Below are positions 32,108 through 43,019 of a stretch of DNA of 61,740 nucleotides, one piece after another. Both the position numbers and the translations under genes were made by a program. Origin of the DNA: a virus (lineage: Duplodnaviria; Heunggongvirae; Uroviricota; Caudoviricetes); the IMG/VR virus record IMGVR_UViG_3300045919_000425, positions 97,199 through 158,938 of that record. One strand, given 5' to 3'. Positions within the stretch are counted from its first letter, which is position 1, and each line of letters begins with the position of its first letter. Below the pieces are notes generated by a model that was not told where the DNA came from, made no database searches, and worked only from the letters and a program-made list of their open reading frames with translations.

Positions 32108-34105
32108 TTATTTATCTCCTGAACTAGCTTCGTTGTCAACTGCTTTCTTGCTAGCTATTCTCTCAAGAAAGTTTTTCATCTCATTAATATCAAATCGATT
32201 TAGAAGGTCTTCAGTTTCTTTCTTGTTATCGGGCTTAGATGATTTCTTGTGTGCATTGTTAATAAAATCGTACATCTCTGCTTTGTCTAAGAAATCCTTT
32301 TCGTTCGAACTTTGAGAAGAGGGGATGGAATTCAGGAACGCTTTAGTTTCATTCGGACTAATCTCACTAGAAGGCTCCTCTTCTAGTTGTTCATCGCCTG
32401 TTTGCTGGTTTTGAATAGTGACGGGTTGATTCGCTAAAGTCTTATTCTGCATATATGCCTGATTCATGGACGCATCACAGATAAAATCATAAGCGGGATT
32501 TTTAAGTGCTGTCTTGTCTCCCATAAAATAATACCGTAATTCGGAGTAAAGCATTAGAGGGCGAATATGCGTATGAAAAACAGGTGATGTTGGCATATCT
32601 TGGCAGAATGGAAATGCTTCGGGGTGTTCAGAATGCGCCCATATTCTTCCCATTGTCCCGTCTGTTTGGAGTTGCTCTTTATATATCTGTAAGTCTTTTT
32701 CTTTTGTGTTTTGTCCTAATCCTACAGTTTCAAGTATGAGCACATCTTTTGCGTCAGGAAACACATCCCATGCAATTTCAGTGACAACTCGTGACAATAA
32801 GTTCATAAGCTGACGAAGTCCCCGTTCTTGTCCTTGAACGATCTGTGACTGGGAGCCTTGATCTCCTAATGAGGTTTTTGTTCCAGTCCCATTAAATCCT
32901 ATTTCTTCTGGTGCTATCTGGAAAGAAGCACATAGAATAGCAATAACGTAGTTATATAGGTTTAAGAACTCCATATCTTTCGTTGTGGCATTAAAAGTTT
33001 TAAATTCAACGTCTATATTCCCAGCGAAGATGGGAATCACTGCTGAGTTGTTATAAGAACCGGCAATGTAATTTTGCAGCTCCTTACGATAAATATCAAG
33101 CTCTTCAGGGGATGGCATATCCGAAGAATCAGTAGAGTCTCTTGGGGTTAAGGTAATAAACCCCTTAGATGCCAGCCCTTTGGTTAGGGAATTGTTCATG
33201 TATTGCTGTGCGTTCATATGTAGCTGGAGAGCATTAATAGCCATCTCAAGAGGCGCAAGAGGGTACCCATTAAGATCAGTGTGCGCTTGCTTTTGTAGGT
33301 AATCTATTCTCAAATCTCTTTCGGTAAAGAAAGAGACAACTTTCTCGTTAATTTTCTGTACCCATGCTTGTGGTCTCTGGTTGAAAGGAATACTGTTGTA
33401 TTTTTCAACGTCAATCTTAACCTGCTCAGGAACCTCTGGATCGTTCTCCGTAATGGATAATGGCATTCCTGTCTTATAAATAAAGATGGATTCAATAGGC
33501 AATGGCCTAAACATAAGAATACGACCTTGCGTGTTTCTGATAATCTGCGTAGCCATTCTTCCTGTGATTAGAAGGTTTCTGCCTTGTGAACCGAAGAACT
33601 CGCTTAGCGAGCAGTGCTTGAAGTAGTCATCAGAACCCTGGAAAATGGCGTTCTTTGTTTTTTCATTTGTGGTGCCACAATTCAATATCCATTGGTACAT
33701 CAGCTTAACTAAAGCATCCTTGTTAGCAAGGTCTTGCTCGATCTCTTCCCTTGATTTATTTATTTGTGATCGTGAAGGCTCTACGTCTCTAATCAGTGTT
33801 CCACTTTCATACTTATTTCTTGCTCGAATACCGTAGGAGGAACACTGATTTGCTCTTGTTGAGATAATTAATGAAACAATTGAATCTGACTGAGAAAATA
33901 GTAATAAATCCTTATCAGTCAGTCTTCTTCCTTTGGTGACAAGATTTCCATCATAGGATCGCTCCGACTTGAGGCTGAACACAGCTTTATTCCGATTAAT
34001 TTTTCCATCGAAATACTCCATACCTTCTACTGGCTGTATTACCGATTTCTTCAATTCTTCTTTGCCTTTTATAGCAAAGCTATTCTTTTTATAAAACAAA
34101 GCCAT
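32108..34105 (-). CDS. Portal protein
   Basis: IVSLIISTRANQ, GYPLAPLEMAI, DMEFLNL..ILCASFQIAPEEIGF, GLRQLM; patterns of Twort/SPO1-type and jumbo phage portals; near terminase. Confidence 0.8.
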   Translation of the reverse strand: MALFYKKNSFAIKGKEELKKSVIQPVEGMEYFDGKINRNKAVFSLKSERSYDGNLVTKGRRLTDKDLLLFSQSDSIVSLIISTRANQCSSYGIRARNKYESGTLIRDVEPSRSQINKSREEIEQDLANKDALVKLMYQWILNCGTTNEKTKNAIFQGSDDYFKHCSLSEFFGSQGRNLLITGRMATQIIRNTQGRILMFRPLPIESIFIYKTGMPLSITENDPEVPEQVKIDVEKYNSIPFNQRPQAWVQKINEKVVSFFTERDLRIDYLQKQAHTDLNGYPLAPLEMAINALQLHMNAQQYMNNSLTKGLASKGFITLTPRDSTDSSDMPSPEELDIYRKELQNYIAGSYNNSAVIPIFAGNIDVEFKTFNATTKDMEFLNLYNYVIAILCASFQIAPEEIGFNGTGTKTSLGDQGSQSQIVQGQERGLRQLMNLLSRVVTEIAWDVFPDAKDVLILETVGLGQNTKEKDLQIYKEQLQTDGTMGRIWAHSEHPEAFPFCQDMPTSPVFHTHIRPLMLYSELRYYFMGDKTALKNPAYDFICDASMNQAYMQNKTLANQPVTIQNQQTGDEQLEEEPSSEISPNETKAFLNSIPSSQSSNEKDFLDKAEMYDFINNAHKKSSKPDNKKETEDLLNRFDINEMKNFLERIASKKAVDNEASSGDK

Positions 34106-34117
34106 TAGTTAATCCTT

Positions 34118-35143
34118 TTAAAAAGATGCAGTATTAATTCGGGCGTTTATTGGACATGTAGTATTATTTATTGCCATGATAGAGGTAGCGTTTAAGCTAC
34201 CTGCAAAGAATGAGCGATTCTGAGCGTACGTGTACATGGTAATATCTCCCGTTGCGTTATTGTTTAATCTTAACGTAAGGGCACCATCAGCGTCAACTAC
34301 TATGAAGCTGATAATGTCTGAAAAGACACGAATCGGAGGAACGATAACACCACCAAGTGCGACGGCAAACTGATCAACACCTGAAGTGTTGAGAATGTAA
34401 AGATCTCGATCTGTAACCATCTGGACATCCAAGTGTCCACTTTTGTTCTGAATATTTAGCGCACATGTAGGATCAAAAGAAACAGAGTCATTTATTTGCA
34501 CTCCAGAGCCACTAAATACCCTAAAAGAGTCTGAGAAGTTTGCGCCAAGTGTTATGGTTTCTGTTACAAGAGTCCCTGGGTTTTTGACAGTAATACTTGT
34601 CGAATTTTTATCAATCACAGTCAAAAGAGAGCCTGGATACAATCCTGTAGAGGATACATTAAATGGGCTAGTAACAGTGTCGTTTGTGGGCTGTAGGAAT
34701 ACATTATCTCCAATAATAACCGATGAAAAGTCCATAGCGGTTCCTCCGCTTTGAGTAAAAACAGCGGCCGTGGTACCAAGTAAAGAAACGGATATTATTG
34801 TCGTAGCATCTCCTCCAATAGCTCTATTGGTGCGAAAGCCTGGAGCCGCTCCTGTTCCTGTGTATCTGTACATCATCACATCATTCGCAAAAATTGCATG
34901 AGAAACTGACATAGAAGTGGTTCCGTCTGCGGTAACAGTTCGCTCAGTGCTTTTAAGTAGAACGCTTTGACCAGGCTGGACTGTAGTGTCCAGAGAGTGA
35001 GTGTCTCGAACGCATAAGCCTTGTCCTTGAGTGACCCAGTCGTAGGAACGTAATGTTGGATTATTTGTAATAACCCCAGAATCAGAAAAAGCGATCCTGC
35101 TTAATGAGAAATTTAGTCTTGCGGTATATCCAGAATTTGCCAT
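34118..35143 (-). CDS. Virion structural protein
   Basis: S/T/G/N-rich beta composition; between terminase and portal. Confidence 0.5.
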   Translation of the reverse strand: MANSGYTARLNFSLSRIAFSDSGVITNNPTLRSYDWVTQGQGLCVRDTHSLDTTVQPGQSVLLKSTERTVTADGTTSMSVSHAIFANDVMMYRYTGTGAAPGFRTNRAIGGDATTIISVSLLGTTAAVFTQSGGTAMDFSSVIIGDNVFLQPTNDTVTSPFNVSSTGLYPGSLLTVIDKNSTSITVKNPGTLVTETITLGANFSDSFRVFSGSGVQINDSVSFDPTCALNIQNKSGHLDVQMVTDRDLYILNTSGVDQFAVALGGVIVPPIRVFSDIISFIVVDADGALTLRLNNNATGDITMYTYAQNRSFFAGSLNATSIMAINNTTCPINARINTASF

Positions 35144-35175
35144 CTTTATAAGCCCTTTAATTTATATCCATAGAG

Positions 35176-35204
35176 TTGACTTTTGCTGAATTTTAGTATA
35201 AGGT
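35176..35204 (+). promoter_or_regulatory. sigma70-like promoter for DNA ligase
   Basis: TTGACT-N17-TAAGGT. Confidence 0.6.
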
Positions 35205-35241
35205 GGATGTTAGTGAGGATCAACGTTTAATAGGAGGTTCT

Positions 35242-36153
35242 ATGTTTATAGAGATAAAGAAGCCGATGTTAGCAGAAACATTAGAGTGCGAGAGTCTTAA
35301 TCTTCATTGGCCAGTCCTAGCATCACCGAAGTTGGATGGTATTAGGTGTGTGGTTGTAGGTGGAAAGGCATTGTCTAGGACCCTAAAGCCGATTCCAAAT
35401 AAACACATAAGAGATACATTAGAGGAGTACTTTAAGAACAGGAATGAGGTTTTTGATGGTGAAATAATGGTGGGCGAAACCTTTCAGGAGTGCACTTCTG
35501 GTATTATGACAAGAACCGGAACTCCCGATTTCAAGTTTCATGTTTTTGACGTAATTAAAGACGACAAAAAGAAAACTTATGTTAGCAGAATTAATGACTT
35601 GAAAGATCTTTCTTCTGAGATGGGTATGGAGAAATGTGGATTCATCTCGTTAGTATTGCCCATATTAATAGAAGACGGAGCAGAGCTTTTTAGGTTGGAG
35701 ATGGAGTTACTTGCGAAGGGATTTGAGGGTGTAATGGTTCGCTCCGTCAACTCGCCTTATAAGGAAGGACGCTCAACCTTAAAAGAGGAATACTTACTGA
35801 AAGTTAAAAGATATTCACAAGACGAAGCTGTAATTTTAGGGTACGAGGAATTAATGCACAATGAGAATGAGGCAGAAATCAGCGAAACTGGGAATACGAA
35901 AAGATCATCCCATCAAGAGAATTTAGTTCCAGCAAACATGTTAGGAGCCTTAATAGTGAAGGATCTTGTAACTGGTGTTGATTTTAAGGTCGGTACAGGA
36001 TTCACAGAAGAACACAGGATTGAACTATGGGACACTAAGGAGAACTTGGTCGGGAAGTTTATTACCTATAAACATTTTCCGGTTGGAGTATTAACAAAGC
36101 CAAGACATCCAGTGTTTATAGGGTTTAGGCATCCTGATGATATGTCAAAATAA
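35242..36153 (+). CDS. ATP-dependent DNA ligase (minimal type)
   Basis: Motif I SPKLDGIRC, FDGEI, FHVFD, GFEGVMVR, LLKVK, OB-fold FKVGTGF, KPRHPVF; start moved to ATG after AGGAGG. Confidence 0.92.
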   Translation: MFIEIKKPMLAETLECESLNLHWPVLASPKLDGIRCVVVGGKALSRTLKPIPNKHIRDTLEEYFKNRNEVFDGEIMVGETFQECTSGIMTRTGTPDFKFHVFDVIKDDKKKTYVSRINDLKDLSSEMGMEKCGFISLVLPILIEDGAELFRLEMELLAKGFEGVMVRSVNSPYKEGRSTLKEEYLLKVKRYSQDEAVILGYEELMHNENEAEISETGNTKRSSHQENLVPANMLGALIVKDLVTGVDFKVGTGFTEEHRIELWDTKENLVGKFITYKHFPVGVLTKPRHPVFIGFRHPDDMSK

Positions 36154-38037
36154 GGCAGTAAATCCACCCCTTTTCTTTTTCTTTAATTCTTTATCAGCAG
36201 GCGAAGTAAGATCTACACCAAAGTTCTGCTTATAAAAATCAGCTATTTGGTTAGTGGTTTCCTTAACCTGTTTTTGTTGAATATACTGGGGATTATTAAC
36301 ATCCAATGCTTGTTTTGTTCCATATACCGGACGACTAGAGTCCTTTACTATAAAAGAATTAATTGCATAACGAAGGGCATCCAGACTGTGGTTGGGACCG
36401 TCTTTTTGGAATTGGCCGTGCAAGTAGCCAGAATTCGTTTTCATGTAAGACCAGGACTCGAATTCCTGTGCCATGAATTCGTTCTTCTGGTCAGCAACGA
36501 GCATGAATCTAGTTTGCTGACTAATGGGGCTGTAGAGTTTTTGACGTATAAATGATACTCCAGGCTCAACTTTTGGTTTGGAGAACTCTCTAGCCGGCAT
36601 TCCCAAGATTCTCGCCTTTTTTAATGCCACTACGTACGCTAGATCTGGAGCAATTGTGTCAAATCCATAAACATCGTATACGGATTCTTTTACGTACTGA
36701 AGCCATGATTCGTTATCATACATAGTTGCATTCTCTACGTTGATTACAATAAGTTTGCCGGAAGAAGATTGATATCCGATTAAGACAGAGGTCGCTGGAT
36801 CGGGACTATACCCAAAGTCGACACCATTTATAATATGCCAATCTAGTTCTCTTAATTTATTACATAGCATAAGTTTCGTAACATAATGCGACGGTTTTTC
36901 CCCAAAGGCAAACTCCCACACTTCATCTATCGGCCTAAAATGTTTCCTTCTTTCAAAGAAAGAAAATACAAGTCCATTTGATTCTGGTTTTAAGTTAAGG
37001 ACCCGTGCAATGATGGAAGCAGGAGACCCTGATTGAATTATCAGGTTTTTCACATCAGCAATCGAGCGGAGATACTTATTCTCGGATGTTTGTTGGATTG
37101 CACGCCCACGGCACACTGATACAATAGGGCAGCGCATACATCCTTCATGTAGGTGAACACTAGAGTACTCTGATTGTAATGTGGGGGTAAGAGCCTTAAA
37201 GTCTGTTGATTCCATTAGTCCTAATGTGTAGTTATTAATGTGCATCTCTTGTTTTTCGCTGTCGGATTTATAGACTTCGGGAGAGCATTTTTTCATTAAA
37301 TCAACTACAGACCAAGTGTGCAAGGTAATATCATTTCGGGGATCTGCGGCCATATCGATCTTTTTTTGAATAGGTCCAGATGAGGATTGCCTGGAGGACA
37401 AGAACAGTGATATACAAGTCCTGCCATCTAAGGGAACTTGTATGTAGGCAAGTTCGGATAATACCGTAGGATCAACAAGGTCTAATTCATCGCACACAAT
37501 CAAATGTCCACGTTTACCATTTACTCCAGACAGTGTAGCGATCACGACATTTAACTCGCAGTAAGATCGAGAGCGGTACTCTGATTTTGGTAAATTAGTG
37601 AATCTTCGAGACCTTTTATTTGATTTATCTATGAAGCCCTGAATATGTTTATTATCAATAATAAGTTTATCAAACCATCCAAGAGCGGTGACGGATTGGT
37701 GCTCCTCCGCCGCACAGTGAACTACATCTCTTCCGAAGTGAAGCATGGCAAGGATCTCAATTATCACGGCCGATAATGTTTTCGCTCCGCCCCGTGCAAC
37801 CGCAACCACATGGTGGGTTTTTGCAGGATCACCAGTAATCATACTTTCATAAACAGACCAAACCATCTCAAAGGCTGTTGAAGTCGAGTTTTCATCAATC
37901 CGAGAATCAGAAAGGTCGACATCTAAAAACACCAGCAACCATGCTTTTAGAGATTCTCGTGTTTTCTGTACAGCAAGAAGTTGATTTAGGTAAAGAAAGT
38001 CCATATCTTCCTGTGTAAAAGTAACTTCTTCTGACAT
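36145..38037 (-). CDS. Terminase large subunit
   Basis: VAVARGGAKT, LIVCDELD, nuclease NGVDFGY and NHSLDALRY. Confidence 0.88.
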   Translation of the reverse strand: MSEEVTFTQEDMDFLYLNQLLAVQKTRESLKAWLLVFLDVDLSDSRIDENSTSTAFEMVWSVYESMITGDPAKTHHVVAVARGGAKTLSAVIIEILAMLHFGRDVVHCAAEEHQSVTALGWFDKLIIDNKHIQGFIDKSNKRSRRFTNLPKSEYRSRSYCELNVVIATLSGVNGKRGHLIVCDELDLVDPTVLSELAYIQVPLDGRTCISLFLSSRQSSSGPIQKKIDMAADPRNDITLHTWSVVDLMKKCSPEVYKSDSEKQEMHINNYTLGLMESTDFKALTPTLQSEYSSVHLHEGCMRCPIVSVCRGRAIQQTSENKYLRSIADVKNLIIQSGSPASIIARVLNLKPESNGLVFSFFERRKHFRPIDEVWEFAFGEKPSHYVTKLMLCNKLRELDWHIINGVDFGYSPDPATSVLIGYQSSSGKLIVINVENATMYDNESWLQYVKESVYDVYGFDTIAPDLAYVVALKKARILGMPAREFSKPKVEPGVSFIRQKLYSPISQQTRFMLVADQKNEFMAQEFESWSYMKTNSGYLHGQFQKDGPNHSLDALRYAINSFIVKDSSRPVYGTKQALDVNNPQYIQQKQVKETTNQIADFYKQNFGVDLTSPADKELKKKKRGGFTALF

Positions 38038-38777
38038 TAATTACCACCCTTTGCTTTTTTTAATAGATTCAGTATGTTAAGTTGTTTGGCGGCTTCTTCT
38101 GATGAATCATTAATATCATCGCAAAGAAAATCACCAGATTCAGAATGCTCAGGCAGTGATTTAGCAGTTGTAGGGACAGTTCTTTGAGATGAAACTCCAC
38201 CAGCAGAAGAAATCAAATTCTGGACATTTACAGTAGTAACACCGTTCGACTTATTTTCCGTCGGAACTTCTTTTGATTGAAGACTTTGGAAGATCGAGGC
38301 CAATTCCTTAAGTTCCTTAATATTCTTCGGGATTAGGGAGCATTCATTCGCTAACTCTGGATTTTGTATTACTTGGGATAGTTGGTGTGAGTAGGCAACT
38401 TGCGTAGCATCTAAAACCTTCATTAGTACGCTCATTAGGGTTTTATCAGCCCTCTCTACTGTCTCTCCGCCACGTACTCTCTTTTCCTTCTTGACCTTCT
38501 CAAACCAATTATCGTAAATCGCTGTGTATATTAGGGAGTTGATATCTAAAGACAAAGTGGAAGCAATCTCTTCAAATGAAAATCTCTGATAAAATCTCCC
38601 ATACGCAACTTCTCTTAAGTTTTGTTGAATTCGGGTAGGGTTTTCCATAGCAAAAGATCGAGCATCGTCAAACTCTTCTTGTGTCAATTCTGACGGTTTA
38701 GGATTACTAAAACAATCTAATGGGTCGATTATTTTCCTTCTCCCGTTCTTGATAATATTTGAGGGTTGGATTTTCAT
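38037..38777 (-). CDS. Putative terminase small subunit
   Basis: Immediately upstream of terL with 1-nt overlap; HTH-like FSFEEIASTLSLD, helical middle; start moved to MKIQP. Confidence 0.55.
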   Translation of the reverse strand: MKIQPSNIIKNGRRKIIDPLDCFSNPKPSELTQEEFDDARSFAMENPTRIQQNLREVAYGRFYQRFSFEEIASTLSLDINSLIYTAIYDNWFEKVKKEKRVRGGETVERADKTLMSVLMKVLDATQVAYSHQLSQVIQNPELANECSLIPKNIKELKELASIFQSLQSKEVPTENKSNGVTTVNVQNLISSAGGVSSQRTVPTTAKSLPEHSESGDFLCDDINDSSEEAAKQLNILNLLKKAKGGN

Positions 38778-38860
38778 ATTGCACCTTTCTTGGTTAACTA
38801 TATACTCCAAACGTTATACGAGTTTAAACACATAAGACAAGACAAATTTAAGGGAACATT

Positions 38861-40897
38861 ATGACATATCTACCCTCGAACGTAGGAATACAAAAACAAG
38901 CTACATCCTACGCACTGGATGTAAAGGGACTTACAAATATAGACGACACTACTGTCACCACTTCCCCGACAACAGGCGCTTTTGTAGTAAGAGGCGGAGT
39001 AGGAATTGTAGGAGATTTAACTGTGGGCGGGAACGTTGCATTCGGTTCAGCAACGTTCAATAATATTACCATTACGGGATTAGCTACATTTTCAGAATCC
39101 TCACCATCAAATAATATTTTAGTGGGTATGGTGACAGGAGAGTCTTTTTCTCGATTTTATATGAAAGTCACAGGGGAAATGAATTGGGGGCCTGGCGGAG
39201 CAGGGACTCAGGATGTAAAATTATCAAGAACCGCAACCGGAACATTAGGGGTTACAGGAAATTTCTCTGTCTCAGGTAACACTACTTTAACTGGCAATAT
39301 ATCTGGCTCTGGTACGGTTAATATTAATAATAAATTCCTCGTGGATGCTGGTGGCAATCTAACTACAACATCATTAACTCTGTCTGGCGGCTCAATATCA
39401 GGAACCTATCCTGCATTAACCACTAATGTGGTGACTTTGAGTGTTACAGGGCAAGGTTCACCACAGTTCACTTTAGACGCTTCGGGCGACATGGTTTGGG
39501 GTGCAGGTATGAATCTCAGCCAGTCATCGTCCGGGTCTATTTATGCAAGCAAGATGGTATTTAATTATTTAAATGCGACCACTTCGTTTATTTTGTCAAC
39601 GTCTTCTACAACGTATATAACAGGCTCATCGAACAATGTTAATTATTTAGGCAACCACACCTTTAATAATGGACTCTCTTCGGCAGGAGAAGTACTTCTA
39701 ACAAATATTTTAACAGTAAAGTCATCAACCACAGGATTTAAGACATTTTCAGTGTCGAACAGCGGATTGCTGCAATGGTATTCTACATCGGGAGTTGCAG
39801 GTAATGCTCAACTTATTGGCGATGCAACAGGCAACAGTCTTCAGTCAACAGGCAATTTAATAGTACTAGGCACTTTAAGTGGTAATGGGATCACATCATT
39901 TGGCGAACTAAAGGTCGTTGGAGGAAACTTTACACTACATAATGGCCCATTTAATACTGACACAACGATCACATCCACAGGAACGGTAAATAGAACTTTG
40001 ACGACCCCTGATGCTTCCGGTGTTATTGTAGTTAATACTGCACAACAAACGCTCACTAATAAGATTATGTCTGGAATTCAGGCCGTTTCTACGGCAGGAT
40101 TATGTCCTGGATACGAAGATGCTACTAATACTTCCGTGTTTGTATATACAGGATTAGCCTCTGGTCAGGGAGGGTTGTATGGAATAAAGGATCTTGCAAG
40201 ACAGTCAGCCGCATCAAAGATGGCTACTATTATTAATAATAGTAGCGCTTCTTTGATGGTAATTCCTAACTCACTGTCAGTTCCAGCAGTAGACTCAATC
40301 GTCACTATCGGAGGATTAGCTGTCGGAATAGACCCTGGAGCTACAGCTAGCTTTGTTTATAATATATCGCAAAGCAGATGGGTAATGTCTTCCACTACAA
40401 CAGTTATTAATAAGCAATATTCAGGTCAAGGATATGCTCAGGATACCACTTACTCAACTAATAATATAACTGGTCCAACTGAGAGGGATTTTAATCTCAC
40501 ATTTTCTGGTAATATTCCATTCAGTGGTAACCGCTTCACGGCACCAGTATCGGGTTATTATTCTATTTCTATGCCCATACGGGTTGCCACTAACACTGGT
40601 GGAGTTTCTTTTGGGAGCATCTCTATTGGAGTAAGATTTACATCCCCTGTTGTTGTGCCTGGAGGATTCGTTCCTCTTGCAAGCCAATACGCATCCGACA
40701 CTGGCTCTAATCCCGGCTCGTTATATGCTTGGGCGAATGGGGTTACAGTGTCTGGAGTTGTATACATAGCAGCGGGTACAATGTTTACATTATCCCAAGT
40801 GCTGACTACGTTCACTTCAAGCAATATGTTCTTCAGCATCACCGACGCAGGATATGGCGGTGCTATGCCAATATCAATCGCATTAATTTCCTTATAA
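38861..40897 (+). CDS. Tail fibre-like or other virion protein
   Basis: G/S/T-rich; TSPTTGAFVVRGGVGIVGDLTVGG and QQTLTNK motifs common in fibre proteins; C1q-like C-terminal FTAPVSGYYSI. Confidence 0.6.
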   Translation: MTYLPSNVGIQKQATSYALDVKGLTNIDDTTVTTSPTTGAFVVRGGVGIVGDLTVGGNVAFGSATFNNITITGLATFSESSPSNNILVGMVTGESFSRFYMKVTGEMNWGPGGAGTQDVKLSRTATGTLGVTGNFSVSGNTTLTGNISGSGTVNINNKFLVDAGGNLTTTSLTLSGGSISGTYPALTTNVVTLSVTGQGSPQFTLDASGDMVWGAGMNLSQSSSGSIYASKMVFNYLNATTSFILSTSSTTYITGSSNNVNYLGNHTFNNGLSSAGEVLLTNILTVKSSTTGFKTFSVSNSGLLQWYSTSGVAGNAQLIGDATGNSLQSTGNLIVLGTLSGNGITSFGELKVVGGNFTLHNGPFNTDTTITSTGTVNRTLTTPDASGVIVVNTAQQTLTNKIMSGIQAVSTAGLCPGYEDATNTSVFVYTGLASGQGGLYGIKDLARQSAASKMATIINNSSASLMVIPNSLSVPAVDSIVTIGGLAVGIDPGATASFVYNISQSRWVMSSTTTVINKQYSGQGYAQDTTYSTNNITGPTERDFNLTFSGNIPFSGNRFTAPVSGYYSISMPIRVATNTGGVSFGSISIGVRFTSPVVVPGGFVPLASQYASDTGSNPGSLYAWANGVTVSGVVYIAAGTMFTLSQVLTTFTSSNMFFSITDAGYGGAMPISIALISL

Positions 40898-40909
40898 GGG
40901 TTAATTTAA

Positions 40910-41491
40910 ATGTCAATAAATCTAGGACTTTCAGATTTAGATATAGCACTAAAGCGTGCGGAAATTCTAACAGATCCAACACAAACAGGAATGCTCCCTG
41001 AATTCTCTACTGGGGCAAGGACAAAAATAAGGATCAATGGGAAATTAATGGGGGCAGCTACGGATGTGTCATACACTGTAGAGGGAAACTTTGAACCACT
41101 CCAGACGATTGATAATTATATGCCAGTAGAGATTATGCCTCATCAGTGCTTGATTCGAGCTGAGCTTAAATCATTCATTCATCCAGACTCATCCGCAGCC
41201 GGAGATGGAATGTTCACAATCCTACAATCTTATCTCCATACACCTACTGCAACGTTAGAGTTTGTAGATAGGTTAGGGAACCTAATATTCGCAGCAAGAG
41301 GATCTTTCACTTCAATGCGTGGCTCAATTTCAATAAAAGCCGCCTCCACTTTGAGTGTTTCTTTTTTGGGTTATTACTTCAGGGACTTTACCCAGCAAAC
41401 TTATTCTCCAATTAAGCTTTCATTATTAGACTTGTTAAAGAGTAAGGCGAATGCTAGGATTGATCAAGCAACAGATGCAATTTCTAGCTAA
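40910..41491 (+). CDS. Tail tube-like protein
   Basis: FSTGARTKIRINGKLMGAATDVSYTVE..LQTIDNYMPVEI pattern of myovirus tube proteins. Confidence 0.6.
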   Translation: MSINLGLSDLDIALKRAEILTDPTQTGMLPEFSTGARTKIRINGKLMGAATDVSYTVEGNFEPLQTIDNYMPVEIMPHQCLIRAELKSFIHPDSSAAGDGMFTILQSYLHTPTATLEFVDRLGNLIFAARGSFTSMRGSISIKAASTLSVSFLGYYFRDFTQQTYSPIKLSLLDLLKSKANARIDQATDAISS

Positions 41492-41502
41492 GGAATATTA
41501 AA

Positions 41503-42543
41503 ATGGCACAAAAGGGTTCATTTAGTGAAGTCGAAGCAACCGCAAACGGGCTTTTATGGCGGATTTATCCACAAAACTGGTTTGAGCAATTTCCGTTTTA
41601 TTTTGTTTTAAAATATCCCGATGACAGGTTAACAACAACGGATGGTATTAGTTTTTCTAGCTCTCCGACCGAACTTAGTCGCTTTTATTTACCTTGCCCA
41701 CCTCAATCTATGGTGGTTCAAGATATGTCAACGTCGGATTCTTATGCAACGTTAGGTGGTGTTGTTGAGGAAACCTCCGCCGGTGTTTTTTCTACTATCA
41801 TTCTTTCGGGAACCACTGGGATTGCATTAAATGATCAGTCTGGAACAGGAGACCCATTATCAACCAGACAAAGAAAATTATTTTCTGAGGCAACTGGCGG
41901 CACAAATGTGTTATCCAGACTCGGTCAATCTGCCATCGGAGCAATAGAAGGAGCAGTGCAGGGAATAACCGGAAACTCTGAGCCAGCGCTGCCTTTTGCG
42001 AATTACGGCTCCGCTGTCCCTACCCCGGACAAAAATACTCCCGTGGAAACTTTTTTCAGTGGAAGGGGGATGGATGTATCCACTGCTATTGCTAAGCTTG
42101 GGGCATTTTTACCAGGAGTCGGTGATGAAACAAAAGGTCAGGCATTTACTAATGGATTTTCTTGGTCAATTGCATTACGTCAGTACTTCCAAAAGTATCA
42201 AATACTTAAACAGCAGTTTCCAGAAATCGAGCTATATTTTATCGACGAAAAAAGAAACAATCAAAGCCGAGTTGTTGTTCGAGACTTTAGGGTACAGAAT
42301 GTAGCTTCGCAACCAATGATTCAGTCCTACAATATCGTACTTAAGGCATGGAATACTCAGGACATAGAAGGTGTTAAAATAGGTCCCATAGACAGGCTTA
42401 AGACAGATTTAAAAGGAGTACAGACCTTAAATGCAGCGTCAGCTATTTTATCTATGGCAAAAACAATTAAGAAATTAAGGCGACCATTAGACTTAGCCGG
42501 TTCCTTAGCATCAGCAACAATTTCATCAAAACTACAAGGATAA
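41503..42543 (+). CDS. Tail or baseplate protein (tube-initiator-like)
   Basis: FYLPCPPQSM..TLGGVVEE..TIILSGTTG pattern; context. Confidence 0.45.
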   Translation: MAQKGSFSEVEATANGLLWRIYPQNWFEQFPFYFVLKYPDDRLTTTDGISFSSSPTELSRFYLPCPPQSMVVQDMSTSDSYATLGGVVEETSAGVFSTIILSGTTGIALNDQSGTGDPLSTRQRKLFSEATGGTNVLSRLGQSAIGAIEGAVQGITGNSEPALPFANYGSAVPTPDKNTPVETFFSGRGMDVSTAIAKLGAFLPGVGDETKGQAFTNGFSWSIALRQYFQKYQILKQQFPEIELYFIDEKRNNQSRVVVRDFRVQNVASQPMIQSYNIVLKAWNTQDIEGVKIGPIDRLKTDLKGVQTLNAASAILSMAKTIKKLRRPLDLAGSLASATISSKLQG

Positions 42544-42548
42544 TAATA

Positions 42549-42959
42549 ATGTTTGGTGATCATGAAGGATTTATGACCGATGGAAGTTATTTCGATGAGT
42601 TAATTCCTTCACTAAAGAATAGGGCGAAGGTTTTGATCCAGGGAACTGGATCAAACAATATGAATGAATTGATTACACGAATAACATTTTTACTTGCTCA
42701 GCATTACAGGATTCCAGCAAAATCCCCAATATTTTCTACTTACGATCCAGAAGAGTTATTCTTGGAGTATTTTATGATCCAGGAATACGAAGAGTCACTG
42801 AGACCAAAAACAGAGCAAGATAAGCAAAAGGATACAGTAGAGGCGATTAAGGAAAACTTAACGGAAGCAAAAGGACTGTTTGATGATTTTCGGCCAAGAT
42901 CTGAAAATCTGTTCTCATCTGAAGAGGCTGAGGAATTTAGTATGAGCTTTAATGAATAA
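42549..42959 (+). CDS. Putative tail assembly chaperone (T-like)
   Basis: LAQHYRIPAKSPIFSTYDPEELFLEYF resembles pre-TMP KYxLP..PxF..TxEE chaperone segments. Confidence 0.45.
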   Translation: MFGDHEGFMTDGSYFDELIPSLKNRAKVLIQGTGSNNMNELITRITFLLAQHYRIPAKSPIFSTYDPEELFLEYFMIQEYEESLRPKTEQDKQKDTVEAIKENLTEAKGLFDDFRPRSENLFSSEEAEEFSMSFNE

Positions 42960-42962
42960 GTG

Positions 42963-42996
42963 TTGACGGATCTCTCACGATCCGTATATTTTTCAT
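42963..42996 (+). promoter_or_regulatory. Overlapping hairpin terminator and sigma70-like promoter
   Basis: TTGACG-N16-TATATT; acggatc-tctcac-gatccgt hairpin followed by atattttt. Confidence 0.45.
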
Positions 42997-43019
42997 ATAA
43001 CCACTTAAGGATGACTATT

